Below are positions 8,801 through 17,845 of a stretch of DNA of 64,000 nt, in pieces (positions within the stretch are counted from its first letter, which is position 1; every line of letters begins with the position of its first letter). The notes beneath the pieces are model-generated. The model was not told the DNA's origin. It worked only from the letters and a program-made list of their open reading frames with translations, and did no database searches. Position numbers and translations under genes: made by a program. This stretch comes from an uncultured Gammaproteobacteria bacterium (GTDB lineage Bacteria > Patescibacteriota > Patescibacteriia > UBA2591 > UBA6264): the NCBI GenBank assembly GCA_964596735.1, contig CAZQVF010000002.1, positions 82,321 through 146,320 of the forward strand, given 5' to 3'.

Positions 8801-10220
8801 TGTCGCTAATAGTTTTGTTGTACATAACAGCGGGGGGATGCAGCGATATCTAAAGCAGCTTAAGCCAACGGTTTTTGAAGATATCATTGCCATGGTTGCT
8901 CTTTACCGGCCTGGACCTATGGAATTAATTCCTGATTATATTGCTGGAAAAAAGCAGTTAAGAAAACCACACTATCTTCATCCAAAACTGAAACCTATTT
9001 TAGATAAAACATATGGTATCGCTGTTTTCCAAGAACAAGTTTTACAAATTGTTCGTGACTTGGCTGGATTTTCTTTATCTGAAGCTGATGTTTTACGTAA
9101 AGCAGTAGGAAAAAAGATTGCCAAACTCCTTCAACAGCAAAAGACAAAATTTATCCATGGATGTATTAATAACAAAATTCCTAAAGAAACAGCTGAAAGA
9201 ATCTTTGCCTTTATAGAGCCTTTTGCTGGCTATGGATTTAATTTGGCTCATGCCACCTGCTATGCAACTATTTCTTATCAAACTGCTTATTTAAAAGCAA
9301 ATTATCCAGCTGAATTTATTGCCGCTCTTTTAACTGCCCACAAAGCTGATACAGACCGCATTTCTGTTGAAGTAGAAGAAGCTCGAAAAATGGGTTTAGA
9401 GGTTCTTCCTCCTGATATTAATGAGAGTTTTAAAAATTTTACTGTTGTTGATAAAAAAAATATTCGGTTTGGATTAATAGCGATTAAAAATGTTGGCGAA
9501 GGAATTGTTCAAGCTATTATTGAAGAAAGGGAAGAAAACGGCATATTTCAAAATCTAGAAGACTTTCTCGGCCGAGTTGATTCTAAGGATTTAAATAAAA
9601 AGTCTATGGAAAGCTTGGTTAAAAGTGGAGCCTTAGACAAGTTTGGCGAACGTAATCATCTTTTAAACAATATGGAAACACTGCTTGAATTTGTTAGAAA
9701 AAAACAAAAAGACAAGAATAACGGGCAGACTAGTCTTTTCGGGCTTTTATCTTTAACTGGCAAGGTGAATTTAAAATTAAAAAAATCTGATCCGGCTACT
9801 CATCAGGAAAAACTTCTTTGGGAAAGAGAACATTTAGGATTCTTTGTCTCTGAGCATCCTTTAAAACAATATCAAGAAGTTATTAAAAAATATGTTAAAC
9901 CTATTAATCAATTAGAATTATCCAATGGCTTTAAAAATTCTTCTATAAAAATATTAGGTCTAATTACTAAAATTAAAAAAATCACTACCTCTAGTAATGA
10001 GAATATGATTTTTGTTAAAGTAGAAGATTCTTTTGGCGAAATAGAAGTCATTGTCTTTCCTAAAATATTAAAACCTACTTCTAAGCTTTGGGAAGAAAAC
10101 AAAATGGTTTCTGTTGAGGGAAGGCTTTCTGATAAAGATGGTGAATTAAAATTAATTGCTGAAAGCGTCAAAGAAGTGACTAAAAACATGCTTGATGATC
10201 TCTTGCTTAAAAAAGAATAA
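5892..10220 (+). CDS. dnaE: DNA polymerase III alpha subunit, interrupted by an in-frame intein (7701-8828)
   Basis: PHP domain HLHVHSHYSLLDG, polymerase core, and C-terminal OB fold. The extein junction VFQLE|...|SGGMQRYLK corresponds to the E. coli VFQLESRGMK region. Confidence 0.9.
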   Translation: MFTHLHVHSHYSLLDGLSKIDGLIDQAKKHKMKSLALTDHGVMYGVIEFYQKAKEAGIKPIIGVEAYVARHGHLNKRVKIDEKPYHLILLAKDEQGYKNLVKLTTIAHLKGFYYKPRIDFELLKKYSLGLICLSACIRGEIPQLILEKQKDKAIKRALEYQEIFGAENFYLEVQDHPKSKEQTLINKALFNISKKHNIPVVATNDVHYAKKEDAEIQDILLCLQTKRKQQDKDRMCSLDYDLSLQPEAEIKEAFKNHPEVITNTQKIVQACNLEIELKKTKLPYFPLPEGETADQYLRELCEEKISNRYPRKTKQVTDRLDHELSMIEKTGFASYFLIVQDFVNWAKDNNIVVGLGRGSVAGSIVSYALNITDIDPLKYGLLFERFLTGSRNEPPDIDLDFADTRRDEVIHYVEEKYGRDHVAQIITFGTMAARAAIRDVGRVLNYPYTFCDKLAKMIPFGNTLEKALKVSDELKNIYQTNEDAQKIIDAAKKLEGVARHASKHACGVVIAPEALNQYVPTQYDVSGGEKTIITQYDMHAVEDIGLLKVDFLGLKNLTIIERTLKLIKYRYDKDIDIAQIPLDDAKTFKLLQKAETTGVFQLECLTGDTVVSNTTIKKLFEQKNKKVLESVYLDEGKIHKNKIKNILYKGEKEVYTLIANNNRYIKTTLNHYFLTENGWKKLKDIKIGDKLLIKEKAKHLVYNICKNCGKQISGNPLRKSVFCYRCSAGFYKNPSKPSSRKKISKSIINFYQKGGRPWNYGITTENSELWKQTAKKISKALTGKTLEDRYGKEKAERIKKEMSEKFKGKNNPMFGKPSPHRKGGFRKDLGHYVRSAWEADFARILKLYHYKYEYEPITFELKLPNNEIYHYTPDFYVKSNNTFYEVKGWMHDLDEKKIELFQKQYPQYNFVLINKTKFAEFALQYKNLIKWECPRIPIENSFKFIKVKKIFPSGKEKTYDIVMESPGNNFVANSFVVHNSGGMQRYLKQLKPTVFEDIIAMVALYRPGPMELIPDYIAGKKQLRKPHYLHPKLKPILDKTYGIAVFQEQVLQIVRDLAGFSLSEADVLRKAVGKKIAKLLQQQKTKFIHGCINNKIPKETAERIFAFIEPFAGYGFNLAHATCYATISYQTAYLKANYPAEFIAALLTAHKADTDRISVEVEEARKMGLEVLPPDINESFKNFTVVDKKNIRFGLIAIKNVGEGIVQAIIEEREENGIFQNLEDFLGRVDSKDLNKKSMESLVKSGALDKFGERNHLLNNMETLLEFVRKKQKDKNNGQTSLFGLLSLTGKVNLKLKKSDPATHQEKLLWEREHLGFFVSEHPLKQYQEVIKKYVKPINQLELSNGFKNSSIKILGLITKIKKITTSSNENMIFVKVEDSFGEIEVIVFPKILKPTSKLWEENKMVSVEGRLSDKDGELKLIAESVKEVTKNMLDDLLLKKE
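7701..8828 (+). mobile_element. Intein (376 aa) in DnaE with putative Zn-finger/NUMOD3/PD-(D/E)xK homing-endonuclease region
   Basis: Begins with Cys (CLTGDTVV, block A), TxxH block B (TTLNHYF), ends VVHN followed by Ser (+1 nucleophile). The interior has CxxC...CxxC, NUMOD3-like K/G-rich repeats (GKTLEDRYGKEKAERIKK; KNNPMFGKPSP) and HYTPDFYV...FYEVKG (a PD...ExK pattern). The frame was checked: 7701 and 8829 are both in frame with 5892. Confidence 0.8.
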
Positions 10221-10252
10221 ATTGATAAAATTGTATTATTAAAGCTAAAAAA

Positions 10253-11404
10253 ATGCCTCAAACCTATATTTCCCCCCACAATAAAATCGCTTATTTATTT
10301 CTTTTATTAACTGCTTTGATTTTTCTTGGATTGATTCTGGGAACTTTAAGCGGGGCTTATGGAGCTCAAATTATTGTTACCCCTGTTCCTGAGGAGGTTG
10401 ATGTCAATTTTGAAGCTAAAATTGATAAAACACAAGAAAACTTAACTGATTCAGAAGAATCACTTATTTTAGTTGGTCAGGTTTTTGAAAATATTCAAGA
10501 AGGACTGGAAAAAGCTGTTCCTCAAGCCACTGTTTCCATGGAGGATTATGCAGAAGGAGAAATTACTTTAATTAACAATACCTGGTCTCCAATAAATTTT
10601 GTGGCTAGTACTCGCTTTGCCTCACCCGAAGGATTAATCTTCCGAGCCGTTGAACGCATTAGAATTGCCCCAAAAGGTGAAACAACTATTTTGGTCCGGG
10701 CTGATAAAATGGGAGAGGATTATGAAATAGATCCCACTCAATTTACTATTCCTAATTTACGTGATCCTAATTTAAAAAGTAATATTATTGCTGAGAGTAA
10801 AGAAAAAATGAGTGGCGGAATTAAAAAAGCGGGTATTGTTATGCAGGCTGATATTGACCAAGTTAAAAAAGCTCTTAAAGATAAACTTTATCAAGATGCT
10901 TTGCAAGAAATTGAAAAAGAGCTTTCTGCGGCTGACTTAAAAATTGTTGTTCACTCACAAGTGATTGACGAACAAATTAATGCTCAGGCCGGAGACGAAA
11001 AAACTGAATTTACTGTTTTTGAAAAAATAAAAATTGGAGCTGTCGCTTTTAATGAAGATGTGCTTTTAGACATAGCTTTAAATGCTCTGCGCCAAGCTAT
11101 TCCTCCTGGGAAAGAATTGACTGCTTATGAGCCAGATGGTTTATCTTATCGTTTAATTGAATATGATTCTGAGCAAGATAAAGCCATTTTAGAGGTTCAG
11201 TTTCGCGGTTACATGGTAATCAATGAAGAAAGTGATATTTTAGACAAAACTCTTTTCCGTGGTTTAAGTCCTGAGGAAATTGAAAACTATCTTAAAGACT
11301 TTAAAGAGATTAAACAGGTTCAAGTTAAGTTCTGGCCTCCCTTTATTTTAAAAAAAGCACCAGAGACAATAAATAAAATAAAAATAAAAATTAACAGAAA
11401 ATAG
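10253..11404 (+). CDS. Hypothetical N-terminally anchored extracytoplasmic protein
   Basis: N-terminal TM (IAYLFLLLTALIFLGLILGTL) then a soluble domain; no known motifs recognised. Confidence 0.5.
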   Translation: MPQTYISPHNKIAYLFLLLTALIFLGLILGTLSGAYGAQIIVTPVPEEVDVNFEAKIDKTQENLTDSEESLILVGQVFENIQEGLEKAVPQATVSMEDYAEGEITLINNTWSPINFVASTRFASPEGLIFRAVERIRIAPKGETTILVRADKMGEDYEIDPTQFTIPNLRDPNLKSNIIAESKEKMSGGIKKAGIVMQADIDQVKKALKDKLYQDALQEIEKELSAADLKIVVHSQVIDEQINAQAGDEKTEFTVFEKIKIGAVAFNEDVLLDIALNALRQAIPPGKELTAYEPDGLSYRLIEYDSEQDKAILEVQFRGYMVINEESDILDKTLFRGLSPEEIENYLKDFKEIKQVQVKFWPPFILKKAPETINKIKIKINRK

Positions 11405-11410
11405 AAATAT

Positions 11411-13210
11411 TTGTTTATGAAAAAAATACCTTTAGAAATCCTTCGTCACTCAACCAGTCATTTAATGGCCGCGGCTGTTTTAGAATTATTTCCCCAGGCC
11501 AAGTTTGGCATTGGTCCGGTAATTGCCAATGGTTTTTATTATGATTTTGACATAAAAGAAAGATTAACTCCTCAAGATTTGAATAAAATTGAAAAAAAAA
11601 TGAGGCAGTTGGCTAAAAAGAATTTAAAATTTGTTAAAAAAGAAATGACCATTGACCAAGCCATAAAGCTTTTTCAAAAATTAAAACAACCCTATAAAGT
11701 AGAGCTCTTGAAAGAAATAAAAGAACGCGGAACCACTGAAATGAAAGAACTTGTTGAAAAAACAATAAAACAAAAAACAAACAAAGTAACTATTTATGAA
11801 TTAGGTAATTTTGTTGACCTTTGTCGTGGTCCTCATGTCAGTTCCACTGGACAGTTAGGTGCCTATAAATTAAATAAAATTGCCGGGGCTTATTGGCGGG
11901 GTGATGAAAAAAATAAAATGCTTCAGAGGGTTTATGGCCTGGCTTTTTCTCAACAAAAAGAATTAGATGAATTTTTAAAACTTCAAGAACGAGCTGAAAA
12001 AAGAGATCATCGAAAATTAGGCCAAGAATTAGATTTATTTCAAATTAACGAAGATGTTGGCCCAGGGCTAATTCTTTGGCACCCCAAAGGAGCCACTTTA
12101 AAAAGAACTATTGAAAATTATGTTTTAGATGAATATATTAAAAATGGTTATCAAATAGTTAGCACACCTCATTTAGCTAAATTAAATCTTTGGAAAATAT
12201 CTGGTCATGATGATTTTTACAAAGAAAATATGTTTCCAGGCATGTCTATAAAGGAACTGGATAGAGAAGAGAAAGAAGATTATCAAGTAAAGCCAATGAA
12301 TTGTCCATTTCATATTGCTATTTATCAAAATACCATCAAAAGTTATCGTGATCTTCCTTTGCGTTATACAGAATTAGGCACGGTTTATCGTTATGAGAAC
12401 TCAGGAGTTTTACATGGTTTAACCCGGGTTCGAGGCTTTACTCAAGACGACGCTCATATTTTTTGCACCCCTGAACAGCTTGATAAAGAAATAGAAACTA
12501 CAGTTAAGTTTGCTATAAAAATATTAAAAACATTTAGTTTTAAAGAATATAGCGTTTATCTTTCTACTCAGCCAAAAAAATTTGTTGGCACTCAAACTAA
12601 TTGGAAAGAATCAACCAGCGCTTTGGAAAAAGCTTTGAAAAAATTCAAAATTAAATATGAAATTGATTTAGCCGGTGGTGTTTTTTATGGACCAAAAATT
12701 GATATTAAGATAAAAGATAGTTTGGGTCGGGGTTGGCAATGCACTACCATTCAAGTTGATTTTAATTTACCAGAAAAATTTGATGTCACTTATGTTGACA
12801 ACAAAGGAAAGAAACAGCAACCAATTATGATTCATCGAGCTCTTTTGGGCTCATTAGAAAGATTTATTGGTGTTTTAATTGAACACTATGCTGGGGATTT
12901 TCCTGTTTGGCTCTCCCCTATTCAAGTTTATTTAACTCCGGTTGGTAAGGCTCATTCTTCTGTAGCGAAAAAATTATCTCAGGAATTAGAAGAATTAGGA
13001 ATTAAAACAGAAGTTGATATTCTTAATGAAACTATTTCTTATAAGGTAAGGAAGGCGGAAAAACAAAAAATTCCCTATATCTTAGTCATCGGTGACAAAG
13101 AAGCTAAGGGAAAAACCTTGAATGTAAGAATGAAAGGAAATGTGGTTAAAAAAATGACCAAGAAACAATTTTTTGATAAAATACTAAAAGAAATCAAGGA
13201 TAAAAAATAA
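11411..13210 (+). CDS. thrS: Threonyl-tRNA synthetase (lacking the N-terminal TGS domain)
   Basis: Editing/N2 domain HSTSHLMAAAV...GIGPVIANGFYYDFD, class II core (RDHRKLG, motif 2/3) and C-terminal anticodon-binding domain. The stop TAA is inside a repeat element. Confidence 0.9.
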   Translation: MFMKKIPLEILRHSTSHLMAAAVLELFPQAKFGIGPVIANGFYYDFDIKERLTPQDLNKIEKKMRQLAKKNLKFVKKEMTIDQAIKLFQKLKQPYKVELLKEIKERGTTEMKELVEKTIKQKTNKVTIYELGNFVDLCRGPHVSSTGQLGAYKLNKIAGAYWRGDEKNKMLQRVYGLAFSQQKELDEFLKLQERAEKRDHRKLGQELDLFQINEDVGPGLILWHPKGATLKRTIENYVLDEYIKNGYQIVSTPHLAKLNLWKISGHDDFYKENMFPGMSIKELDREEKEDYQVKPMNCPFHIAIYQNTIKSYRDLPLRYTELGTVYRYENSGVLHGLTRVRGFTQDDAHIFCTPEQLDKEIETTVKFAIKILKTFSFKEYSVYLSTQPKKFVGTQTNWKESTSALEKALKKFKIKYEIDLAGGVFYGPKIDIKIKDSLGRGWQCTTIQVDFNLPEKFDVTYVDNKGKKQQPIMIHRALLGSLERFIGVLIEHYAGDFPVWLSPIQVYLTPVGKAHSSVAKKLSQELEELGIKTEVDILNETISYKVRKAEKQKIPYILVIGDKEAKGKTLNVRMKGNVVKKMTKKQFFDKILKEIKDKK

Positions 13211-13275
13211 GAACCTGCTTTGCAGAACCTTGAAATTAAATATCATTGTATATATAGTAAAGTAATTTAATTATA
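13207..13275 (+). repeat. Conserved intergenic element, copy 3
   Basis: ataagaacctgctttgcagaaccttgaaattaaatatcattgtatatatagtaaagtaatttaattata upstream of the 13301 gene. Confidence 0.7.
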
Positions 13276-13300
13276 AATAATTATTTTGATTATAAAAATT

Positions 13301-16300
13301 ATGAAAAAAACAACAAAATTATTCATTTTAGGCCTAGTTCTTGGGCTTTTTGTTTTGCCTGGAATAAAGGTCATGGCCCAAGAAACAAATGAAGAACAGC
13401 CTGTTGCTGTCCCAATAAGCGAAGAAACAGCGACCGGATCTGTTGAAGTCTCAGACGATGTTCTCTTAGATGAAGATATTATGGCTGAGGATTTAGACGT
13501 TAATGAACAAAGGCTTTTACCCACTAGTCCATATTATCCGGTTAAAACTATTTGGCGTGGCTTTCGCTCAATTATTACTTTTGATCCAGTAAAAAAAGCT
13601 GAGCTTAATCTTCGTTATGCTAATGAAAAATTAATTGAAGCAAAAAGAGTGGCTGAAGAAAAAGACAAGCCAAAAGTTGTTGCTAAAGCCTTAGAAAGAT
13701 ATAAAAAGGATTTAGAAGATGTTTCTAAAATAGTTGAAAAATCTTCAGAAGAAATTAGAACTGGGGCAGAAAATTTTGCGGAAAGAATGATTGATTATTC
13801 ATTTAAACAGCAAAAGCTAATTGATGGAATTGAAAAAAGGCTTACTCCAGAACAGTTTGAAAGGGTAAACATGGTTAGAGAAGACGGCCTTGACTATTTT
13901 AGTCATGTTGTTACTAATCTTGTTCCTCCAGAAGAAATTAAAGATAAAATCACCAATGTGATTGAAACACAAGCAGGCAGTGAATTTAAAGATTTTAAAA
14001 ACATAGAAGTTTTAAAAATCATTGAAGAAAAAATTCCTGAACAGGCCAAACAAGCTATTCAGCAGGCTCGAGAAAATACAGTCCAACGTTTACAAGAAAA
14101 AATGACAGACATGGTTGAGGTGGAAAGAAAAAAGTTTAAAGAATATGTTGAAGATGTCGGTGGTAATGAAATAAGGCATTTAGAAATTATTAATGATTTT
14201 GCCTATGAACAAATACCTGAATTTCTTCATCAGGAAATGGAAATAGCCAAAGACAAAGCCATGGAAAGAATTGAGAATAAGATGCAAGAATTTAAAAGAG
14301 AAGACCAAAAAAGAGAATTCCTCCGTCATTTAGAAGACGGTAAAATGGAGGATCTAAGAATTATTAAAGAATTGGAAAACAATTTAGCTCCAGAAACTAT
14401 TGAAAAAGTTCTTGAAATTAAAAATGCTGCTCTGGATAACTTTAGAGAGGAATTTGAAGAATTAGAGGGCGATGAAGAACAAGGAAAATTCTTAGACAAA
14501 ATGGAAAAACTCCATGATGTTAAACAATTAGAAATCTTTAAAGAAATTGAACAGGTTATTCCTCAAGATAAAAAAGATTTTTTTGAACAAATGAAACATA
14601 AGGCCATGGATGAAATGAGAAAAGAAATGGATCAGGCTAGAAATGAACGTGATAGAGCCATGATTATGGACAGACTAGTCGGTGATATGCCAGAACATAT
14701 TGAAATCATTAAAGGGTTTGCTCCACCAGAAATGATGGATGAAATGCTAAGAAAACAAGCCGATAATGTGAGAGAAAAACTTTTAAGAATAGATGACATA
14801 GAAAAGATGCAACACTTAAGGAACAGAATTGATGATACTGCTATTAGAGAGGAGCTGGAAAGAAGGGCGCCTGATATTTTCCAACAAGTGGATAGGAGAA
14901 TTGAAAACAGGTTTGAAGAAATTAGCAAAGAAAAGGCAATGGAAAAGTTAGAAAAAGCTAAAGATGAAATTAATCAAGCAGGGAAAAATTTTAAAGAATT
15001 TTTAGAAAAAGAAGGAATAGGAGAATATTTAAAGAACTCCCCTGCTCCCCAACATCTTGAAAACGCTAAGAAACATCTCCAAGAAGCTAAAACCGCTTTT
15101 GATCAAGAAAAATATGGCCACGCTCTTGGTCAGGTAAATGCTGCTTTTAATCAATTAAATTATGTTTGGCGCTTTGTTAAAGAGTTTGAATTAAAACATG
15201 AAGTGGCTCATAAGAGATTTGAAGAGATGGAAGAAACCATGGAAGACATGGTTGGTGACTTTTTAGAATTTGAGGTAATGGAAATGGAATCTGAGGAAAT
15301 GCCAATGGAAGACAAAAAAGCTTTGAATAAAATGATAAAACAAGTTAAAGAAGGAGATATGGAACAAGCTTGGGACGAATACAGGGAAAAAATGGAACAA
15401 AGACATGTTGAAGAGAAGGGCGAAATAGAAGAAGTAGAATTACCTTATGAAGAAATGAATCTTTCTAATGAACAAATAGAAAAAATCAAAGAAGCAACCA
15501 GAATTTTACCATGGGAAATTAAGCAAAAATTGCAAAACCTTCCTCCTGAAATGATTATTGAGGCAACAGAACAAATAAGAGGTAAAATACGGGCTGTTCC
15601 TGAAACAACCACAGAAAGAGTTAGGGAGAGAATTGAACAAAGAATTGAGAATAGAGGAGATCCAACTGGCCTGGCTAATCCTGCTTCTGAATTTTGTATA
15701 AAAAAAGGCGGTAAATTAGAAATTAGAACAAACGATAGTGGTGGACAATTTGGCATTTGTCATTTCCCCAACGGCACTGAATGTGAAGAATGGGCTCTTT
15801 ATAAAGGAACTTGTTTATCTGAAGACCTTAAAAAAGAACCATTGCCCTCACAAACAAGAGAAGACTGTCAACATGTGTGTAAAAACCATGGCACTCGATC
15901 TGAAGGTTGGTATGATTCTTGTACTGGAAGACTAATTGAATATGCTAAATGCGCTGGGCGCACTACTTCCGGTTCTGACTATGGTGTGCCATCTGTTTCT
16001 TCTGAAGATGTGCCTTCAACAAATTTAGATTCATCAAACATTGCCTGTCCCTCATGGGCGCCACCGGCTCCTGACTGGTGTAAGGACGGCCAACAGGTTT
16101 CTGGTGGAATCGGTCAAAACGGTTGTAAATTACCGCCTAAATGTCTTCGCGCCATTGAAGATTTGCCTTCCCCAACTGAGCCAGCTTGTATTCAAGTAAT
16201 TACTTATGCAATTAGTGGCGATCTTTGTAAGGCCTTTCCCACTCCCTGTGATGTTCCAAGTGCCTGGAGAAAGGTAGATAAATGTCCGGAAAAGACATTA

Positions 16301-16483
16301 GAAACACCAACCAAAATTATACCGACAAGGATTATCCAACAAGAAACAGGAACAAATGAATCATATATGGAACCCAAACCGATAAGAATGGAAGAAACAA
16401 AACAATTTGAAGGAACGAAGGCCCCTGAAGGTTCTCTTGGAAAGCCGTCTTTATTTGAAAAGGTAAAGGGATTGTTCCAATAG
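13301..16483 (+). CDS. Secreted ~1060-aa protein: signal peptide, long E/K/M-rich helical (coiled-coil-like) region, and a C-terminal Cys-rich region beginning with a DUF333-like module
   Basis: Signal peptide MKKTTKLFILGLVLGLFVLPGIKVMAQE. The central ~750 aa is highly charged. The C-terminal NPASEFCIKKGGKLEIRTNDSGGQFGICHFPNGTECEEWALYKGTC matches the DUF333 (putative hemolysin) pattern, followed by further Cys pairs. Start chosen at MKKTTK rather than the track's 13286. Confidence 0.6.
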   Translation: MKKTTKLFILGLVLGLFVLPGIKVMAQETNEEQPVAVPISEETATGSVEVSDDVLLDEDIMAEDLDVNEQRLLPTSPYYPVKTIWRGFRSIITFDPVKKAELNLRYANEKLIEAKRVAEEKDKPKVVAKALERYKKDLEDVSKIVEKSSEEIRTGAENFAERMIDYSFKQQKLIDGIEKRLTPEQFERVNMVREDGLDYFSHVVTNLVPPEEIKDKITNVIETQAGSEFKDFKNIEVLKIIEEKIPEQAKQAIQQARENTVQRLQEKMTDMVEVERKKFKEYVEDVGGNEIRHLEIINDFAYEQIPEFLHQEMEIAKDKAMERIENKMQEFKREDQKREFLRHLEDGKMEDLRIIKELENNLAPETIEKVLEIKNAALDNFREEFEELEGDEEQGKFLDKMEKLHDVKQLEIFKEIEQVIPQDKKDFFEQMKHKAMDEMRKEMDQARNERDRAMIMDRLVGDMPEHIEIIKGFAPPEMMDEMLRKQADNVREKLLRIDDIEKMQHLRNRIDDTAIREELERRAPDIFQQVDRRIENRFEEISKEKAMEKLEKAKDEINQAGKNFKEFLEKEGIGEYLKNSPAPQHLENAKKHLQEAKTAFDQEKYGHALGQVNAAFNQLNYVWRFVKEFELKHEVAHKRFEEMEETMEDMVGDFLEFEVMEMESEEMPMEDKKALNKMIKQVKEGDMEQAWDEYREKMEQRHVEEKGEIEEVELPYEEMNLSNEQIEKIKEATRILPWEIKQKLQNLPPEMIIEATEQIRGKIRAVPETTTERVRERIEQRIENRGDPTGLANPASEFCIKKGGKLEIRTNDSGGQFGICHFPNGTECEEWALYKGTCLSEDLKKEPLPSQTREDCQHVCKNHGTRSEGWYDSCTGRLIEYAKCAGRTTSGSDYGVPSVSSEDVPSTNLDSSNIACPSWAPPAPDWCKDGQQVSGGIGQNGCKLPPKCLRAIEDLPSPTEPACIQVITYAISGDLCKAFPTPCDVPSAWRKVDKCPEKTLETPTKIIPTRIIQQETGTNESYMEPKPIRMEETKQFEGTKAPEGSLGKPSLFEKVKGLFQ

Positions 16484-16502
16484 AAATAATAATCAATTAC
16501 TT

Positions 16503-16530
16503 AAAAAGGGGCTGATTAGCCCCTTTTTAT
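16503..16530 (+). terminator. Rho-independent terminator
   Basis: aaaaAGGGGCTgattAGCCCCTttttat: 7-bp GC-rich stem, 4-nt loop, T-run. Confidence 0.8.
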
Positions 16531-16573
16531 ATCAAAGATTGAAAAATATTTTAAATTAGAGAAGATAAGTCTT

Positions 16574-17845
16574 ATGAATTACCACTTAATCACTTTTGGC
16601 TGTCAAATGAATAAATCTGATAGTGAGAGAATTGCCTCTGTTTTGGAAAACATGGGCTATCAACCTGTAAATAAATCTGCCCAGGCTGACTTAATCATTG
16701 TTAATATGTGTTCTGTGCGCCAATCAGCCGTTGATAGGGTTTATGGTTTGGGAAGAAAGTTTACTGAACTTAAAAAACAAAATCCAAACTTAAAAACAGC
16801 TTTGACTGGTTGTGTCTTATTACCAGATAAGACCAAGCTAAAAAAGCAATTTGACTTAATTTTTGATATTAAAAATCTCACCAAGCTTTCTAATATGCTC
16901 TGTTATCCTCTTATTATCCCTCGATCCAATGCTTTGGAATATTTTTCTGTCTTTCCAGATTCAGATTCTCTTGTCACTGCCTATGTTCCTATTATGACTG
17001 GCTGTAATAATTTTTGCGCCTATTGCGTGGTTCCTTATGTTAGAGGAGAAGAAAATAGCCGACCAGCCCAGGAAATCATCGAGGAGGTGAAAAAATTAAT
17101 TAAAAAAGAGTATAAGGAAATAATTCTTTTGGGTCAAAATGTTAATTCATATAAAGATAAAAATACTAATTTTCCTCAATTACTTAAACTAATTAATGAT
17201 TTGCCAGGGGGGTTTTGGTTGCGTTTTATTACTTCTCATCCAAAAGATTTATCTGATGAATTAATTGAAACAATGGCTAAGTCAGAAAAAATCACTGAAT
17301 ATTTACACTTACCAGTTCAGGCCGGGGATAATCAAATACTTAAAAAAATGAATCGCGGTTATAGTGTTGACCAATACAAAAATTTAATTGAAAAAATTAG
17401 AAAAAGAATAAAAAATATCAGTATTTCTACTGATATTATTGTTGGTTTTCCCGGGGAAACAAAAAAACAGTTTAAACAAACAGCTAAATTAATGAAATGG
17501 GTTAAATTTGATATGGTTTATACGGCCCAATACTCTCCTCGCCCAATGACGGCTGCCTCTAAATTAAAAGATGATGTTATTAAAAAAGAAAAAAGAAGAA
17601 GAGAACAAATTTTAACTAAAATTTTAAAAAAGACCGCCCTAAAGAATAATAGAAAATATATTAACAAAACAGTTGAAGTTTTAATTGAACAAAAAACAAA
17701 AAATGATTTTTACTTAGGTAAAGCTAGAACCTTTAAAAATGTAAAAATAAAAGACCCTAAAGGATCTTTAAAAATTGGTCAATTTATTAAAACAAAAATT
17801 ATTAAAGCGACGCCCTGGGGGCTTGAAGGTCGGATCGAGAAATAA
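16574..17845 (+). CDS. miaB: tRNA-i6A37 methylthiotransferase (radical SAM)
   Basis: UPF0004 N-domain (FGCQMN), radical-SAM CNNFCAYC, and TRAM C-terminus. Confidence 0.85.
   Translation: MNYHLITFGCQMNKSDSERIASVLENMGYQPVNKSAQADLIIVNMCSVRQSAVDRVYGLGRKFTELKKQNPNLKTALTGCVLLPDKTKLKKQFDLIFDIKNLTKLSNMLCYPLIIPRSNALEYFSVFPDSDSLVTAYVPIMTGCNNFCAYCVVPYVRGEENSRPAQEIIEEVKKLIKKEYKEIILLGQNVNSYKDKNTNFPQLLKLINDLPGGFWLRFITSHPKDLSDELIETMAKSEKITEYLHLPVQAGDNQILKKMNRGYSVDQYKNLIEKIRKRIKNISISTDIIVGFPGETKKQFKQTAKLMKWVKFDMVYTAQYSPRPMTAASKLKDDVIKKEKRRREQILTKILKKTALKNNRKYINKTVEVLIEQKTKNDFYLGKARTFKNVKIKDPKGSLKIGQFIKTKIIKATPWGLEGRIEK

Noticed and set aside
6441-10279. Minus-strand ORFs 6441-6686, 8540-8734, 9093-9281, 9908-10279 inside dnaE
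   Set aside because: They are antisense to a conserved essential gene and have no signals.
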